Positions 1 to 13,161 of a stretch of 64,000 bases of DNA are shown in pieces. The stretch's first letter is position 1; each line of letters starts with the position of its first letter. The position numbers were made by a program, and so were the translations under genes. The stretch is from Tricharina praecox (lineage: Eukaryota): NCBI RefSeq assembly GCF_024521635.1, contig NW_026250417.1, forward strand, positions 310,001-374,000, written 5' to 3'. A model generated the notes under the pieces. The model worked only from the letters and a program-made list of their open reading frames with translations. It was not told the DNA's origin and did not search any database.

Positions 1-1079
1 AGGCCATTGTCGACATTCTCGAATCGCGGTACCACGAGGCATTGGAGGCTAAGGATACACTGCCCGGCAAGGTCGCGGCCAGCGTGCACTTTCTGGATGA
101 ACTGCTGGAGGATTTTGAGGCGCGGGCACAGGCGAGTCTAGACAGGAAGCTCGATCGCGCCAGGCGCGGGATGGAGGCGGTCGCAGGCGCAAGGGATATG
201 CTTTCGGTTTCGATCGAGCGGGCCATCGCGCTGGCGAAGGAGCGGAGGTTGATCACGTACGAGGAGCTGCCAGTGCCGTGGAGGGTCAACCCGCACATCC
301 TCGACGGCTACAGGTTCACCGAGAGCAAGGTCGAGTGCGTCAAGTCGGTGTTCTGTTCGTTCAGCAACGAGACTTGCAACATCTGGTCGCACGGCCTGGG
401 CTTCTTCATGGTCCTCGCGATCGCCTTCTACTTCTACCCCACGTCGCAAATGTTCCACTACCACACCACCGCGGACAAGCTCATCAACGGACTGTTCTTC
501 CTCGCCGCGGCTAAGGCTATGGCTTGCAGCGCCATCTGGCACACCTTCGCGGCGATCGCGCACCAGGATGTGATGGAGCGCTTCGCGTGCGTCGACTACT
601 CGGGTATCTCGCTGCTGATCGCAGTGAGCATCATGACAACCGAATACACCGCCTTCTACCACGAGCCCGTGAGCCGGTGGATCTACATGACGGCGACGTG
701 TCTCTTTGGCATCGCAGGCGTAATCCTGCCATGGCGGCCCATCTTCAACCGAGCGGACATGCGAGTCTACCGAGTCGCATTCTACCTCACACTCGGAGCC
801 ACCGGCGCCTTCCCCATGATCCAGCTGTGCTTGACTAGGGGCCCGGCGTGGGTCGGCCTCTTTTACGCACCCGTGCTCAAGAGCGTGCTCGTGTACCTCA
901 TCGGCGCTATCTTCTACGCTCTTCAGATCCCCGAGAGATGGTACCCCGGCTGCTTCGACTTGGTCGGTGGCTCCCATAACATCTTCCACTGCATGGTTGT
1001 CTGTGGAATCCTGTTCCACTGGTACGCCATGCACGACTTGTTCCACCTCGCCTTGAGCCGCATGCCCGTCGGCATCTGA
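1..1079 (+). CDS. PAQR/haemolysin-III family membrane protein (IZH3-like), 5' end outside window
   Basis: Frame open from window start. PAQR motifs NPHILDGYR, NETCNIWSH, SAIWH, DYSGI, IPERWYPGCFDLVGGSHNIFH; multiple hydrophobic segments; stop TGA at 1077-1079. Confidence 0.9.
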   Translation, partial: AIVDILESRYHEALEAKDTLPGKVAASVHFLDELLEDFEARAQASLDRKLDRARRGMEAVAGARDMLSVSIERAIALAKERRLITYEELPVPWRVNPHILDGYRFTESKVECVKSVFCSFSNETCNIWSHGLGFFMVLAIAFYFYPTSQMFHYHTTADKLINGLFFLAAAKAMACSAIWHTFAAIAHQDVMERFACVDYSGISLLIAVSIMTTEYTAFYHEPVSRWIYMTATCLFGIAGVILPWRPIFNRADMRVYRVAFYLTLGATGAFPMIQLCLTRGPAWVGLFYAPVLKSVLVYLIGAIFYALQIPERWYPGCFDLVGGSHNIFHCMVVCGILFHWYAMHDLFHLALSRMPVGI

Positions 1080-3770
1080 GTATTGCGGGTTGGTTTTTCC
1101 CGCATGTCTCTTTGCCTGCATCCTCAGTCGCTCACTCGTCCGTCAGTCCTAGAATTTGACGTATAACTAGAGCCGGCCGTTGGTTCTGGCGACATGGAAG
1201 GCACAATTATTTTCTCCCGTTCCTGTACATTCAGCTTATTGTCGCAACCCTTCCTTCTTTTCCGTTCCTTTACCTTCGAAGTTTTCTTACCACCACCTTT
1301 TTTCCCTTTACTGTGAATATCGTCCCCCCACCTTCCTTTCTTCTTCAATACCTTTGCCCTTCGCATAGAGGTTCTTCATTTTACCTTCTTTCTCTTTCTC
1401 TTTTTTTCTTTCTTTTTTTGGTTTTGTCCCTTATTTCGTTCGTTTTTTGGATGGATGGTATGGTATGGTGTTGAGGTTACCTAGCTCGGAGAGATACAAA
1501 CTTGAAAGAAGTACCTGTGGCTATGCGCCGAATCGAGACCAAAGTATGCAATTGAAACTTGAGCTTGAGCTTGTGATGCAGATGATGATGTTGATGGCTG
1601 GCTGGCTGGCTGACTGGCTGGCTGGCTGGTTGGCTGGCAAGGTGTTCATAACTTCATATATGTCGGAGTACGTAAGCGTGTTTGTGGATTTATTTCCGTA
1701 TATATTGTACGGGTGTTGGCAGTTGCCTGGGGAAGTAACGATGTGACGATGTGATGCGCCGAGACATAGGGTGTCCTGTGGTGCCCTGTAACCGTCAATC
1801 GGCTCACATCGGCGTTGTCCTCCGCGTTAACGTCGTTAGCCCGAGCCCGAACGGCTGTGGGTACGTAGTAGGTCTCGGGATTACACACATGCATACCGGT
1901 ATGTCGCTGCAGCACAGCCCGGTAAACATCATCGCCATCGACGTCGACGACTTGGCGGAACAATGATAGGTAGGCAGCAGAGCACCCGTCGGCGGTTCGC
2001 CGGGACCAGAGTCTAGACACGAGGCGCATTTTCGGCACAATGCGCGCTCCACTACTAGTAAACAGATGGATGGAGTGGCAAAGGGGTGGCGGGGGGGTTC
2101 GTGGTGTACTTACGGTATACTGGTAACCTAACATTGGGTACATACTTGTACGTACATACGGCACTCCTGGAGGTGTCTAGTTACTGGCACTGGCACTGGC
2201 ACTGGCACTGGCACTGGCGACGCTCCGACGCTCCGCCTCGAGCTTGTCGTTATTGCCGTCGGCGTCGTTGTCGTCGTACTCGGCGGAAGTACTCGGCGGA
2301 AGTGGCTATGGCTATGGCCGTGGTTGACTACCGTGTGCATAGCACAGTAAAGTAGAATAGAGTACTTGCATACCTACCATCACCGGCATACATAGGAGAC
2401 TGTGGATGGGACTCGGCAGCGAACGGGAGGGGGGGATTGGGGGGTGTGAATGGCGGCTTGGAAGTGGATACTCTGAGTCTTGGTAACTATTGCGAATGAG
2501 CATTGGTGAGGCAATTTGAGCAGAGGGAATTACGGTGTGTGGCGTCCATCGTGCGTCTTCTTCATGCTAGAAGTACTGTACATACCCTCCCCCTCGGGCC
2601 TATGTAACTGATCGTGAATGAAGATTTCGATGCTCTAGGTACTCGGTGCTGCAGGCAGAATGGGCCATGCCCTACCTGGGTACCATAAATGCATGCGCAG
2701 CAGACGAGGGCACCAGGGACTATACATAGTACCATGGGCGATGTAGAATCGTGATGTGCAATACTATGTATATACCTAGTAGTTACGTACCGGGGAAGGG
2801 CTGATATGATAGGTGCATCCCCAGGGCTCGAGTAATGAAGCTTATTTCGATGTCGGTGGCTTGCAACCACCCTGGAGCCTGTAGATATGTATGTAGCTGT
2901 CAGGAGCGCCGAAGCCGCAGATGCCAGGTACATGCTCTATGTATTGTACATATCGGTACCAGCCGTCGACCATACCTTCAAAGTATTGTACGTATATATC
3001 CGCTCTGTTTCGGGAAAGGCCGTGATCGCCCGTCTAATATTTTTCGTCTGATGGTGATCCGCAAATTTCACGATCCTGCGCTGTGCTGTCCCCGACCGGA
3101 TCCATGGTTGGGCCGGACAAGGGGGCCGAGGAGGCTATGTGTGACATGTGTGTGCGGGAAATCGGCCTAGCTCTGCTCGTGTGCCTCTCCAGAGTACGTA
3201 CGTGTGCTGTGCTGTTCCGCAGGTAGAACCGTACCGTACATACGACTCCGACTCCGACGCCGTAGAGTACACACAGCCATGAAGCGACGCGTCTCCGGCG
3301 TTAGCATCTGTCCGGTCTTCTCTTGTGCGAGAAAAACAAAAGAAAGCAGAAAAAACTCAAGCTCGCTGTCTCGTCACTCACCTCACGGTCTCGGAACGCC
3401 GGCGGAGTTTTCGGAGATTAGTGCATGTTTCACCCCGGCAACAGCACCATCCGAGATCCGGGATCGTGGCTTGTTCCCTTCCCGTTGGCTGCATGTGCAT
3501 AGGCGTATGTCGAGTCTACGTCATCTTCGAGCCGATTCCGTCTTGCGTCGAGTCTTCTCGACTGCACTGGACTGCACTGCACTGGACTGGGTGTTATTAA
3601 ACCACGACACCTCGCAGACCACACCCCTTAACTAACTGTCAAACTGTCAAAAACCCGCCTTTCGTTTGCTTGTCTGTCGGTAACTATTGTTGCAACTTGC
3701 CGTCAACACTCACACATACACGAACCTCCTCGCTCCTCCCTTACCCCGACTCCTCCTCGCTACACCAAAG

Positions 3771-4764
3771 ATGCAAAACACCACCGCCATGCAGGAAGAA
3801 GGTGCCGCCGGGCCGCCGCCGGACGAAGAGCGCACGCCACTCTCCCGAATAGACACGGTTAGCAGCCGGGTCCGCGAAGTGGCAAAACACTTCCCGTACT
3901 GGATTTTCCCGCTGCTGTCTGGCTTTTTCTGGTTTGGTGAGTCGTCACCCCCCTCCTAACACCTCTTCCCTTGTACGAATGCTGACACATCCTCTGCCAG
4001 GCATGCTCTGGGTGATGATAATCGTATGGCTTGCGCAGGGGCAGCCAAAGTACGCCTCTATGGCCGGCCGGCAGCGGATCGCGTACATCTCCGACATCGG
4101 CGCGGACGTGCTGAAGCCGCTGTTCGTGACCGGGAGTTCGCTGACGGGGATATTCTTCTTCGCGTCGTTGCTCTCGATGCGGCGCAACCACGCGCTGATC
4201 CGGCGGCTGGAGCGGACACTCGACATGCTCTCGCTGCTCGCGGGGCTGCTCGGCGCAGTCTGTCTCATCCTCCTCGCGGTCTTCGATACTCAGAGACATC
4301 CTAGCCTTCATAGGTTGTTCCTCTTCCTATTTATGCTCGGTGTCGTCCTCAGCGCCCTGTTCACGACGATTGAGTATAGACGCCTGGGAAGGACGTTTAC
4401 ACAGCACCCGATGCTGGGCCGCAGCTATAGGTTCAAGCAGGGCATCGTCATTGTCGAGGTCGCGCTCAGCGTTGCGTTCGGCGTCACGATGTATAGGAAG
4501 CTTCATGATACCGCCGCCATTCTCGAGTGGTGTAAGTTCCTTCCCTCCATCTTTCTCTTGCTGCATTTTGCTGAAGGTCCGGTGATAGTAATCGCGTTCG
4601 TCTTCACGTTCTACGTCCTCTCGTTCTTTTTCGACTTGCGGCCGACGGCTCGGACGAAGGAGGAGGTGCGGCACGACATGCGGGAGGCGCGCCACGACAT
4701 ACAGCAGGCTCAAGCGACGAGCGGTAGCAGTGAGAACGGACTTACCTCCGCGTCAAGAGTTTAG
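3771..4764 (+). CDS. Frag1/DRAM/Sfk1 family membrane protein
   Basis: ATG 3771; intron 3937-4000 (GTGAGT..CTGAC..CAG) and a probable second intron ~4532-4587. Motifs IAYISDIGA..LKPLF, LAVFDT.RHPSLH, AAILEW. Confidence 0.85.
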
Positions 4765-5137
4765 ACCGAAACGGCCCAATAATTTCCCCTTTTTTTTTAC
4801 CTTTTGTTACGGGCATTGCATGGTCATGGAGTTTATTCGTTTTGCTCTGGTTATGGCGTTTTTTTTTGGAGGGGTATCATACGATAAGAGGTTGCGGATT
4901 GAGTTAGTATACATGTTATTGGTTGGTGCTCCAATGTAAATAGTGGCAGCAGCGATGAGTGGGTAAGGAAGGGAGAACGCAGGTGGTATGTATTAATATG
5001 CGCTAAAGGATACACATGAAGCGAAGAAGAGGAATAGATGCAAATGGTATGCCGGCCGAAATGCAGTAGAGATAGCTGAACTAAAGGAATATCCAAATAT
5101 GCCAGTCCAAGTGATAGCAGTCAAACCCTTTCCAGTC

Positions 5138-6594
5138 TTATCCGATGATGACATCGACCATGCATTCGTCCTCGAGATCGGTATCACCGACTCTATCCTC
5201 GGGATCAAGGTAATCTCCTTCGAACTTCAACCTAATCCCCTTGCCGGGATCGACATTGCGACCCTTCCTATACTCATCGACGAGAAACGCAACAGTAGTC
5301 GACTACCACACGTTAGCAATTCGACGACTTCCGCGACCCGCACCACCGTCACTCCCGGGAGGTAAAACCCACCTCTCTAACTTTGATCTCGAGAGCCTCC
5401 TCCTTCCTGCCACCAGCCTGCAATTTCAACATGATCTGAGGCTGATCCTCATCATCCTCGTCGTCCTGCTCCTCCTCCCGTACCGGAATCCCATTCGGCG
5501 GGAGTCCCCTCCGGACATTCTCGAAGATCTCCTCGGTCATGGCCTCGAAGTGCACGTTCCCCTTGCTGATGCCGTCCTCCTCGAACATACTATTCAGCTG
5601 TTCGATCTTGACGCCGATGCCCTTGCAGCTGGTCCCGTCCCTGATCCGGAGACGCTTCTTCCACACCAGAAACACCGACGCGGTTTCCTCCGGGCCGTAG
5701 CCTTGCGCGCGACACCAGTGTAGCCGCGGCTCCTTCAGCGTCTGGTCCATGCGCCGCATGACGATCAACGGCCTCGCGCCCTCGATCGGCGACGAGATCA
5801 GGATGTTGACTACGGGCGCTGGCGGCTCGACTGGTGGCGGTGGCGCAGGAGTGGTGGTGCGCCGGAGCACCGGTAGTGGAGCGGGAGGAGCGGGAGGAGG
5901 GCTAAAGTGAAACTCCGGTTCCGGTGACGGCGTGGGCGATATCGAGATGACACCGTGGCCCAGCGGCGGTGGTGGTAATTTCCGCTCGGAGTCGGCCTTT
6001 GCCTTCGCCTTCGACGCTTCCAGCTCCTTCTTCTTCTTTGCGAACCTGCGCCTGTATGTCAGTCGCATCCTCCCACCCTGCACCCCCGGAGAACCGAACA
6101 TACCGGTCCTTCAGCCGTCCCTTATCGCGTCTTCGAATCTCCTCGTCGCTACTGTGCATCGACACCGCCTCTTCGCTGCCCTCTTCGCTGCCCTCTTTCT
6201 TCTCCTTCTTCTCTTTCTTCGCTTTGCCCGATGCCTTCTCCTTCACCTCCTCCTTCCCCCTTCTCCTCACCGTCACGTCCTCATCCTCGTCATCACTGAT
6301 CTCCATCGCCGTACCCCTTGCGCGGTGAAAGAATCCCAGCAGATCATCCGCGTCCTCCTTCTTCCCCTCTCCCTTTCCCGCATTCTCCGTAGCCGTAGCC
6401 GTAGACGTAGCCGACGCTTTCCTGAGCGGCACGCGATTAAACATCGGCCTGCCGCCCTTCTTCTTGGGCGCAGGTGCAGGTGCGGGCGATATCGACCGCG
6501 CCTTCTTCTGCGGCGGCTGCGGCGACTCGTCGCCCGTATCCGACGCGGTGTCGGAATGTGCGGCTGTCCGGTGCTTTTTCGTGAACTGCGGCAT
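5138..6594 (-). CDS. Rad60/Esc2-type tandem SUMO-like domain protein
   Basis: ATG 6594 (MPQFTKK); introns 6052-6103 and 5303-5372. Low-complexity N-terminus, then ILISSPIEGARPLIVMRR domain and a C-terminal SUMO-like domain ending RLKFEGDYLDPEDRVGDTDLEDECMVDVIIG*. Confidence 0.8.
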
Positions 6595-7539
6595 TGTGTT
6601 GGTGTATCGTTGTGGTTGTATGTGGGTGGGGTGGGGTGGGGTGGGTGCGAGGTGTGCAATTGGATTGGGATACGGGGATACGGGAATACGGGGATACGGC
6701 GATACGCGTAGAGTAGGTGGTGTCGTGGGGTGTCGTGGGGTAGTGGGCCTGGTGGCGGCAGTTTGCGCTATGATGTGTGCTGTGGTGTGGTGTGGACACT
6801 GGACACTGGACACTGGACACGGGACTGCCAAGGTGGACAGGCGAGCCGCGAAACCTTGAGACGACGAGCCGAGGAGTTCGTAACTTCGTGGAGTTACGCG
6901 CTGTGGGGTCACGTGGATGTAGACAACGAACACTGCACTATGTACTTTCGTAACGTGCAATCTGTTCTGTAATAAGGGAAGGAAAGGGAAGGGAAGGGTA
7001 GCTTTGCTTCTTTCTTTTTGCCTTATGCAGCGCGCCAATCTACACCCCACTACCGCGTTCGTCAAACACATGGTACCCAGGTACTTTACGCGCCCCGCGC
7101 CCAGCGTCCTGACCCGTGAAACCACCCAGACACCAAGTTCAGCCGACCCAGCCGACCCCCCGGCGCATCGAGGATCTGTTGCACAGAAACGAGACCTACA
7201 TAGCCCGCCGAACGGGTTGGAAGTTGAAAGCTAGAACCGCGCATTCCAGTCTATAGGAAAAGAATTGCTCACGGCATACTGGGCCAGCGAGATGCATGTG
7301 GTCGGGGTTGGTTCGGGGTTGGTTCTTCATAGCTCTACTCTTCACCCCTCCACCCCTCCACCCCGACGGACCGATAGGACAGACAAGACAGACTAAGACA
7401 GTGTGTTCGAACATTGAAGTTTTTAGCCTCGGGATTGGGGTTTGGCTGGTGGGGAGGCTGGTTGGTACTCATAATAGGTACTGGTAGTACCAGTAGCATA
7501 CATCACCAGCTCGAGCAGCGCTGGACGTGCACTCGTACG

Positions 7540-8458
7540 CAGACCCTCCAACAGTTCGAATTCTGGGAACAAACTGGGGGTGGTCCCGGACTAACTAACT
7601 GTTGGAGGGTAGTGAACTGAACCAACCAACTGCCAAACTGATCCAACTGGCCTGTTTTGAACTGGGAAAACTGCTTGGCCTAACAGTTCAGCGAGGCTTA
7701 AAACATTTTGGGCTCGATAAACTCGTCGCTATATACCACAAAGCCACCGGCCAGCCGCCTAAGGCTACAACCCACCACCTATAGCTGTCGCTGCTACCAT
7801 GTATTTACAGGTCGCAGCGCCAGTTGTCGAGCTGCAACATTATTTTTCATTGCCCGTGGAAAGGAATGTTCAAAACAGTCCTGCCGCGAGTGCATGGTGG
7901 CTACATAGAACCGCCGTAGGCCCGTAGCAACGTCGTTTTCCAACCTCGGCCGAATGGCCATAGACATTCTGTCTATTCCAGCCATGTCGGCTGAGGACAT
8001 GAGGTTGAACGGCTGTTCTCCGAGTGCCAGACGGTTCTGACGGATCGTCGGTATTCCCTAGGTACGTACCGAGAGTGTTGGAGCTCTGGAGAGTACATAT
8101 CAAGAGGTTCAACCGCCGTACTCCAAATTCCAATCATGGGTAGGTAGGTAGCAGCAGAGCAGAGTAGTAATTCAAAATCAGTACTGAACCCGTTTTCCAT
8201 CGCGTTTTCCGTAACAATAGGAGCCTATCTGGCTCACTTTGGCTGCCCTGGTTGAGCTGGTTGAACTAGAAGTTCATCTGCCGAACTGACAGTTCTGCCA
8301 GTATTCCCCGGAACAAGTTACAACTGCCAGAAATACCTGAACCAACTGACAGTGACAACCTCTGTTCCCACCTCAACCGGGAACGAAATCAACCAGAAAT
8401 GAACTGAACTGTTTAAACCAGTGTTCCTGTTTCAACTGACTAACTGTTGGAGGGTCTG
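7540..8458 (+). mobile_element. Non-autonomous, internally deleted hAT DNA transposon
   Basis: Perfect TIR CAGACCCTCCAACAGTT (7540-7556) / AACTGTTGGAGGGTCTG (8442-8458); dense subterminal AACTG repeats; degenerate hAT dimerisation-domain remnant WW..QRRFP/NLGRMAIDILSIPAMSAE at ~7895-7995 with a stop and a frameshift. Confidence 0.85.
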
Positions 8459-9985
8459 CGAGTCGTACGTACGGTACCTACATTATACATAGGGCGCGGA
8501 GGGTGGCGGAATACGGTACCTAGTACCTACCCGTATGTACTGCAATCGACAGGATACCAGGTACATAAGGTACTAGGTACGAGAGGAATTATCCTACCAG
8601 GCACCAGCCCAAAACCCACTAGCCCAAAATCCACCAGCCCCAGGCCCTCCGACCTTCGGTGACAACGATTTACACGTGGTACATACGGTATACCCCGACC
8701 CGACCAGCCCCATGGCCACCGACTCATCGAGCAGCCTGCTTGTCTGCATACCCGTCTGCCTACTTATCCGCCTACCTGTCCGCAAGGCACTTTCACATGC
8801 CAGCTATTCCTATCATATAGGTATGACCATTGACCATTGGCGTCCTCGCGATCCCACCCCACCACCCCTTCACCCCGCCAGTGACCATCCCACCATCCAC
8901 CGTCCCACCACCCCACCAAAGTAAAACACTATGCAGCCCAAAAAAAACCACTATGTCCAGCCCAAAAGCAGCCCTTCACATGCGAACTCGAATTCGCTCA
9001 GACTTCGGTCACTCATTTGGTTCTCTGATATCATTCCACCCGCCCCGTCGGCACGGTGGCACCACCGGTCCCACGAACTCGTAATCAGGTCGTACTCTGG
9101 TCAGGTCATATGATATAACTTCATAAGGCGTATGAGCGATGGTATATTGTTCCTATGTATCACTCGAATATATGACCGTACCTATGGGAAGGAGTCTGGA
9201 CTTCGGACTGTCTGTTGCATAGATCGCTGCCAACGTCCTGCCTTGCCTTACCTTCACGTCGAGAATCACCTTATGTTACATAGCCAGATCTTTATCACAA
9301 CGGCACAATGGCACTGGTACACATCACATCACCGCAAGTCCAACGTCCCGTCTGTCACTATCTTGCGCGGCCAGACTCAGACTCCGGACTCCAGCCTCCA
9401 GACTCAGGAGAAAAACCGTATCCTCTCATCCATGATATCTAATAATCAAGCAAGCAAGCCAGAAGTATTTAAGCAAGCTCCCGAGTCCTACCTACCAACC
9501 TAGGAAAGTACCGAAGAAGTAATTACACACATCGTACATTACACTGGAACCACAACAACAATAAAAGACCAAGACAAAGCGAAAAACACAGTTCGAAGCC
9601 CCAGTTAACCAACCAGCCAGTTACATCCAATCCAATTTCCCACCCACCACCACCACCACCACCACCACCACCACCATCACGCAGCGAAACCAACCAAACA
9701 AACGACATAAAGACAAAACACCGTGGTAGAGTATGATAGAAACGACATATAGTAAGTAAGTGAGTTAGGTGACAGACAACGAGAGAAGCCAGCCCCTAGT
9801 TCATCGCAAACATGCAGAAAGAAGAAACGGAAAACAAAAAATGTAAAGGAGATACAGATAGCCCATCCCGTCCCATCCCATCCCATCCCATCATCAGCAT
9901 AATCATCATCATCATCATCGCACATCGCACATCGCACATCGCACATCGCACATCGAACATCGTGAAAAAATTCTCATCATAGCGA

Positions 9986-12900
9986 TTATCTGGACTCGGC
10001 GACGGAGAGTGTGGCAATTCTCTGCAGTGCCGATAACACACCTGTATACAGTCAGCATCGTGTCCATATACATCACATCAATTCAAGAAGTAGAACTCAC
10101 CGGCAACACCCGTGGTCGTAGCATTCGCCGAGGTATGTCCAGTGCCCACACGGACGGTGGTGACGTTCTCGATCCCCTCGTCTTCGGCAAACTTATTGGC
10201 CCACTCATAGACCTCCTCATCGTCGCGGCCGTTTCCAGCGACCATGATGAAGTCGACATGCCAATTCCTCGATTTGATAAGCTGGATGACTTCGCGGCAC
10301 GCATTCGCCTTGTTCCACTGCTTGTTCTCGACGAGAACACCGCCGGTGATCGGGATTGCGTGCACCGAGAAATTCTCGCAAGAGTCGTTGACGTGGTTGC
10401 AGCAGTCACCGGCCTGTCGGGATGCCATGAGCGAGTCCTCGGCTTTCTCGTGGTGCCAGATGTATGTGCAGTTGCGCTCTTCGACCCATGTGCCGGGTGT
10501 GCGCTCCATGTAGTAGTCGAGGATGTCACGCACGCTGTCCCGCCAGGGGAGATCGTCGTCGGCGAGGCGGACCCACTCATCGTCGCCGAATGGGCGCAGG
10601 AAGCAACCTCCTTCCGCGATCAAGCCGACTCCGGGAACTCGCAGGAATATCTGTTCCAGGTGTTGGGGGGGCCTCGAGCTCATGACGTACACGACGTTCG
10701 TGGGATCTTCGAGCAGGTCGTTGACGGTATCCAGGATGCGTTGCGGGCTGGTAACCACGGTGCTATTCCCACCCCACGACACAAGGGTGCCCTCGTATTG
10801 CAGGAAGAACACCCTCTTCCTGGACTTCTGATATTTGTCGGCAAGCAATTTAGTGGAAAGCCTAGGGATCTGAGCGCTTCCGCGACGTTGCTGTTCCTCC
10901 CATGAATTATCCAGCTTACCCAGGAATTCAGTGAACCAGTGAGCAGCTGTATGTCCGGTCACCGCCTTGTAGAGCCTCTCCCATCTCTGTGTCTTCTCCT
11001 CTTCCGACATGGTGAGGGCATGCAGCAGGGCGGCAGCGCACATGCTGTGGTCCCACGGGTTGACCGAGATCTCGGCACCGTTGAACACGGAGGCACTTCC
11101 GGTAAACTCGCTCAGGATCAGTGGTGCGTGATTCTTATCCTGCAGGTACACGAATTCGTGACTTGTCAAGTTCATGCCGTCGCGGAGACTTGTGACCACC
11201 AGTGCGTCTGCGATCTGGAGGAGGGCAATGTACTGATGGTAGGTTATGTCCTGGTGCAGGTACACCACCGGTTGGTAATCCAGTGTCGCGTAGGCGCAAT
11301 TGATACGAGTGACGATATCTGAAACCGTGGATTGAGACTCGATTATCGAAGACGTCGTCAACGCGACTTGGATCAGAACCACCTAGGACTTCCGGTCAGA
11401 CAGCTGTATCCCCCCACGGGCACTGGATGTATATGGGCCAAAACATACCTTGCCAACATACTCCGGATTCTTCTTCAAGAAGAGTTCATACGCTAATAAC
11501 TTCTGTTTCACACCCCTCACACCATCCAACTAGATACCACTCAGTCAGGGAAAGTTCGGTCGCGGCTGCTACGGAGGGAACGACCCACCTTATCTCTCGC
11601 AACAAAAAGTTTCTTGCCGGCGTATCTCTGGCGCAACTGCACTGTCCAGTCGGCCACCTCGGATTCCTTCCTCTTCTCATCCAGCTGCACAGGATCGATG
11701 CCGATCGGCAGGCTGATGACGTCCACGAGCCGAGAATCCAAAAGAACACCGTCGTTCTTGACCTCAACGTTGAGGAGACGACTGCAAGTCTGCAGGAAAT
11801 GGCGAGCGTATTCGTCGGTCTGGAAGCCAACCAATGTAGCGCCAAGAATACCCTCGAGAAGCTTCTCGCGGTGCGCAAGACAGCGGAAGATCTCCGACGA
11901 AGGGAAGCCGACGTGCAGGAAGAATCCAATCTTCGCATCCGGCCCAAGCGCATCCCTAACCATCTTGGGAACGAGCAGCAGATGGTAGTCGTTGACCCAT
12001 ACTGTATCGCCCTTCTTGTAGTCCTTGACGATCACGTCCGCGATGGACCGGTTCAAGGCCTCAAAGTATTTCCACGAGTGATCCAAGAAAGCCCTGCGCG
12101 CTCATCCGGTCAGGAACATTCCCACGAGAGAGAGAAAAGGCACCACAGATGGGGGAAAAAAATAACTCACTTGCTCTTGGGGTGATCCGGAATCAGGTAA
12201 TGAAAGACGGGCCACAGAATCTATATTCGATGAGTCAGCCGAGCGTTCCCCGGTGGTCCCAGAGGTGATGAGAACGAACCTCCTTGCAGTAATGATTGTA
12301 ATGACCGTCAAAGTCGGCATCGCTCGTGTAAGCGACCAAGCACTCATGGTTATCGCGCAAGCTCCCCTCGATGGCAACTTTAGTCGACTCGTCCAGTCCG
12401 TCGGTACCGAAGCCCAGCGTGCCAACGTAAACCTTCTCCGAGGGGTCAGGCGACGCCTCGACGGCGTTCTTGAGCCCGCCGTTTCCGAAATCCGTCTTTA
12501 CGATGGTCCACTCCTCCTCCTCGGAGTGCGACGAGCCGGACGCCGACGATCTACGCCTCGACGTCCGTCGCTCCGCCGTCGGAATGGCAAAGTAGCCTTC
12601 GGCGCTCCTCTCGCTGCCGCCACTATCCATATCGACAGGGATGAACGGGGTGGCTTTCGGGCGCGCACCAGCAAGTTTCGGCACTACCACCTTGCGGGGC
12701 ACGAACGAGGGGTCACTGGGAGAACCCAACGGGACACCCTCGGAACCGGAACCGTGTATCCTAAAGAACAGTTCCTCGCCGCCGGGCGTCACCGGCGTCA
12801 TCGGCGGCGTCGGACTGGTAGCATGCGCGGTCGCAATCGAATTGTGGCCGAGGCTCTGGAGGAGGTTCGGCATGGGCGTTGCGAGGACATCGTACGGTGT

Positions 12901-13161
12901 GGCTTGGGCGATTTCGATGTTTGTGGGCGGGATCTGGAGAGCGGTCGGACGGCGGGCCTCGGGGATCGTGGCGATCTGCTGTCTCGGAAAGGTCTTGGGC
13001 GACCAGCAGCGGTCCTTTGCGCGAAACTGCACCGTGTATGGCAGATGCCTGGTATCGGAGCAACGCACACGCACATCGGTCAACGAACTTGTCCATGCGA
13101 ATTCATTCGATCTCACAGCAGCACCAAAAACTCACAGTGCCGCAACAAAGGTCGTCGTCAT
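9986..13161 (-). CDS. TPS3: Trehalose-6-phosphate synthase complex regulatory subunit (Tps3/Tsl1-like; GT20 plus phosphatase-like domains)
   Basis: Short first exon MTTTFVAAL spliced to HLPYTVQFR; GT20 motifs VWVNDYHLLLVP, GFFLHVGFPSSEIFRCL, LRDGMNLTSHEF; phosphatase motif I reads FFLQYEGTL (no catalytic Asp); last exon VLSALQRIATLSVAESR*. Confidence 0.85.
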
